Assembly: GCF_009914755.1 (NCBI RefSeq)
Contig: NC_060933.1
Origin: the human T2T-CHM13v2.0 reference genome, Homo sapiens
Direction: 5' to 3' (one strand)
Length of the DNA stretch: 64,000 nt
Shown here piece by piece: positions 62,071 to 64,000 of this stretch. How positions within the stretch are numbered: position 1 is the first letter of the stretch; each line of letters opens with the position of its first letter. The translations under genes and the position numbers were made by a program. Below the pieces are notes generated by a model. That model saw only the letters and a program-made list of their open reading frames with translations, was not told where the DNA came from and did not search any database.

Positions 62071-62779
62071 GTAAATGACATGATTTTGCTTAATTGTATG
62101 CTATGTTTTAAATTTTATCTTATGCTTTATAACTTAAGTAAATAAATGTTACTATTGATTTAATTTGAATTCTTACAAGTTAAGTCTTTAAAATATACAG
62201 TGAAAATATTCACTTTTAAATAATTTTCAAGTACTTGTTTGTTACAGTCTTTTTCATAGACGAAAATAAATACTATTCTTATAAATCTTAAGGTATTTAT
62301 ATCTCAGCAAAAAAGTGGTTAATAAGCTCATTATTGTTTTCAGGTATATGAAATATTCCAAATGATGAAACTTCTTTTTGTATATTAGTCTTTGCAATGA
62401 TAAAGTCATTTAGTCTGACTAAATCTTTAAATTACTTATTTCTAACTAGCCTCTCAATGTATTTTACATTTTGAAAAATTGAAGTTGTAATACAACTTAT
62501 TCAGTAATTCCTACTGCTGATACATCATGGCACCAAATGTTTACCTATTTAACATAAATCAGTGAAAAATTAAGGAAAGTTCATTTCTATTTTGTTGTAA
62601 AAATTAGGTTGTCTTTGAATTAACCTATAAGATTCTTTTAAAACATAATTCAAAAACATTTATTTTTTGAGCTCTTGCCAGCACTTTGGAGGAAAGGTCT
62701 TCTTTAGTTACTACCAGAATAAAGTTCAGACCAAGAATATATGCTAAATGACTGCTGATTGATTGATAAATAGATTTTA

Positions 62780-63660
62780 TAGAAATTTTTGCTGCTCTTC
62801 ATTGATACTTGATAGGTTAATCTTTCTCATTTCAGCTACTTTTTCATGTATGTTGAGGTATATCATTGTGAGTTAAGTTTCTGTGATTACTAATACAATG
62901 TTGAGTACTTTCTCATGGTTATTGGGCATTTGGAATTTTTTAGTAAATTGCCTCTTCAAGTCTCTGCCCATTTTCCAAATGAGTTGTCTGTATTTTTCTT
63001 ACTGGCTTAGACATTTTTATATATGCTATATATGAGCCTTTTGTGGGTTATGTATTGTAGATATCTTTTCCTACTCCATGGTGTGCCTTTTTTCTTTTCT
63101 CACTGGAGTCTTCTGAAGAATATAACATCTCAATTCTAATGTGGCCAAACTTACCAATTTTTTGTTTATGAATAGCACATTTTGTGTCCTGTATAATGCA
63201 TTGCTTACTGCAATGTAGATATATCCTATGCTACCTTCCATGTTGTCTTTTCCTATATTTTTCTGATTTCCTATATTTTTCTGTTTTGATTTTCACATCA
63301 ATGTCTAGCATTGATTTTTTCATGTGATGTGAGATAGGGATTAAGTTTACCAATTTTTCCCCAATATTTGTCATTAACTTTTTCCTTACTTTATTCAAAG
63401 GTGCCACCTTTATTGTAAATCCAATGTACATAAACATAGGGATATTTCTCTAGGCTTTTTCTTCTGTTCCTTCAGTAAATGTATCAGTATCATGCTGTCT
63501 TAGTTACATTTTAGTAGTCTTGATTGCATGTTGAACAAGTTTCCCACCTTCTTGTTCATCAAGAGTCTCTTCTTGGTCCTTTACTCTTCAAAATGAATTT
63601 AAAATCAGCTTAAGTTCTACAAAAACTTTTTTTGGGATTTTGATAGTGACTCTATTAACC
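62780..63660 (-). mobile_element. Old L1M (ME/MC-type) ORF2-end fragment
   Basis: gcctcttcaagtctctgcccattttcc; tatcatgctgtcttagttac reverse L1 motifs. Confidence 0.65.
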
Positions 63661-63669
63661 TAAATTAAT

Positions 63670-64000
63670 ATAAAACAAGAAGAAGACGCTGAAAGGTAGA
63701 GAGAAGGCAGCAGACCAGCTAGGTACCTCAGCACTCAAGGAACAACATGGTGGTGAGTTCTTTGGGTTTTCATTTTGCTTCATGTATCCTGGCCTGGATA
63801 CCTGAAATCCCCAACCTAGAAACCTCAGTAGGTCAGACAATACATGCCCTGGATAAAACCCTTCTTTTAGCCAAAGGACCTGGAAAAGGCCAGCCTAGCA
63901 AGACAGAAAAGCTTACACAGTAAGTGTCCTACTCCAGGCAAACACCAGAGAAAAATTGCAACCCTGTTTCCAGCCCCATCTGTAAAGGCCTAATGGGAAC
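63670..64000 (+). mobile_element. Old L1M 5'-end-like fragment (runs off window)
   Basis: tagccaaaggacctggaaaaggccagcctagcaagacagaaa resembles L1M 5' ends. Confidence 0.5.

Overview
Human (or great-ape) genomic DNA, very repeat-rich, lying inside the centlein gene (CNTLN) on the + strand. Four internal coding exons (19207-19307, 40756-40847, 47125-47660, 61890-62070) have canonical splice sites and join in frame to a coiled-coil peptide I recognise as the middle of centlein. The introns are mostly transposable elements: about 25 Alus, a near full-length old L1MA-type element with a surviving target-site duplication (TSD), an LTR12C solo LTR inserted into an Alu, two inverted MER41 LTRs within a cluster of ERV1 solo LTRs, MaLR LTRs, an ERVL pol remnant, L2/L3/MIR and Tigger/hAT fossils. 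The most unexpected observation is in the repeat-poor part of the gene (~34.9-47.0 kb): a chain of about ten exon-sized blocks on the MINUS strand, most bounded by good acceptor and donor signals and interleaved with a CNTLN exon, with protein-like but stop-interrupted frames. This is a candidate decayed antisense gene (unitary pseudogene or spliced lncRNA) that I cannot name and that needs alignment to confirm. Secondary points: a NAGNAG acceptor, a stop-free 729-nt potential exon circle, and a sense-oriented LTR12C promoter upstream of an exon that starts with an in-frame ATG. There is no prokaryotic-type system here. Repeat subfamily names come from recognition of consensus motifs, not from a RepeatMasker run.
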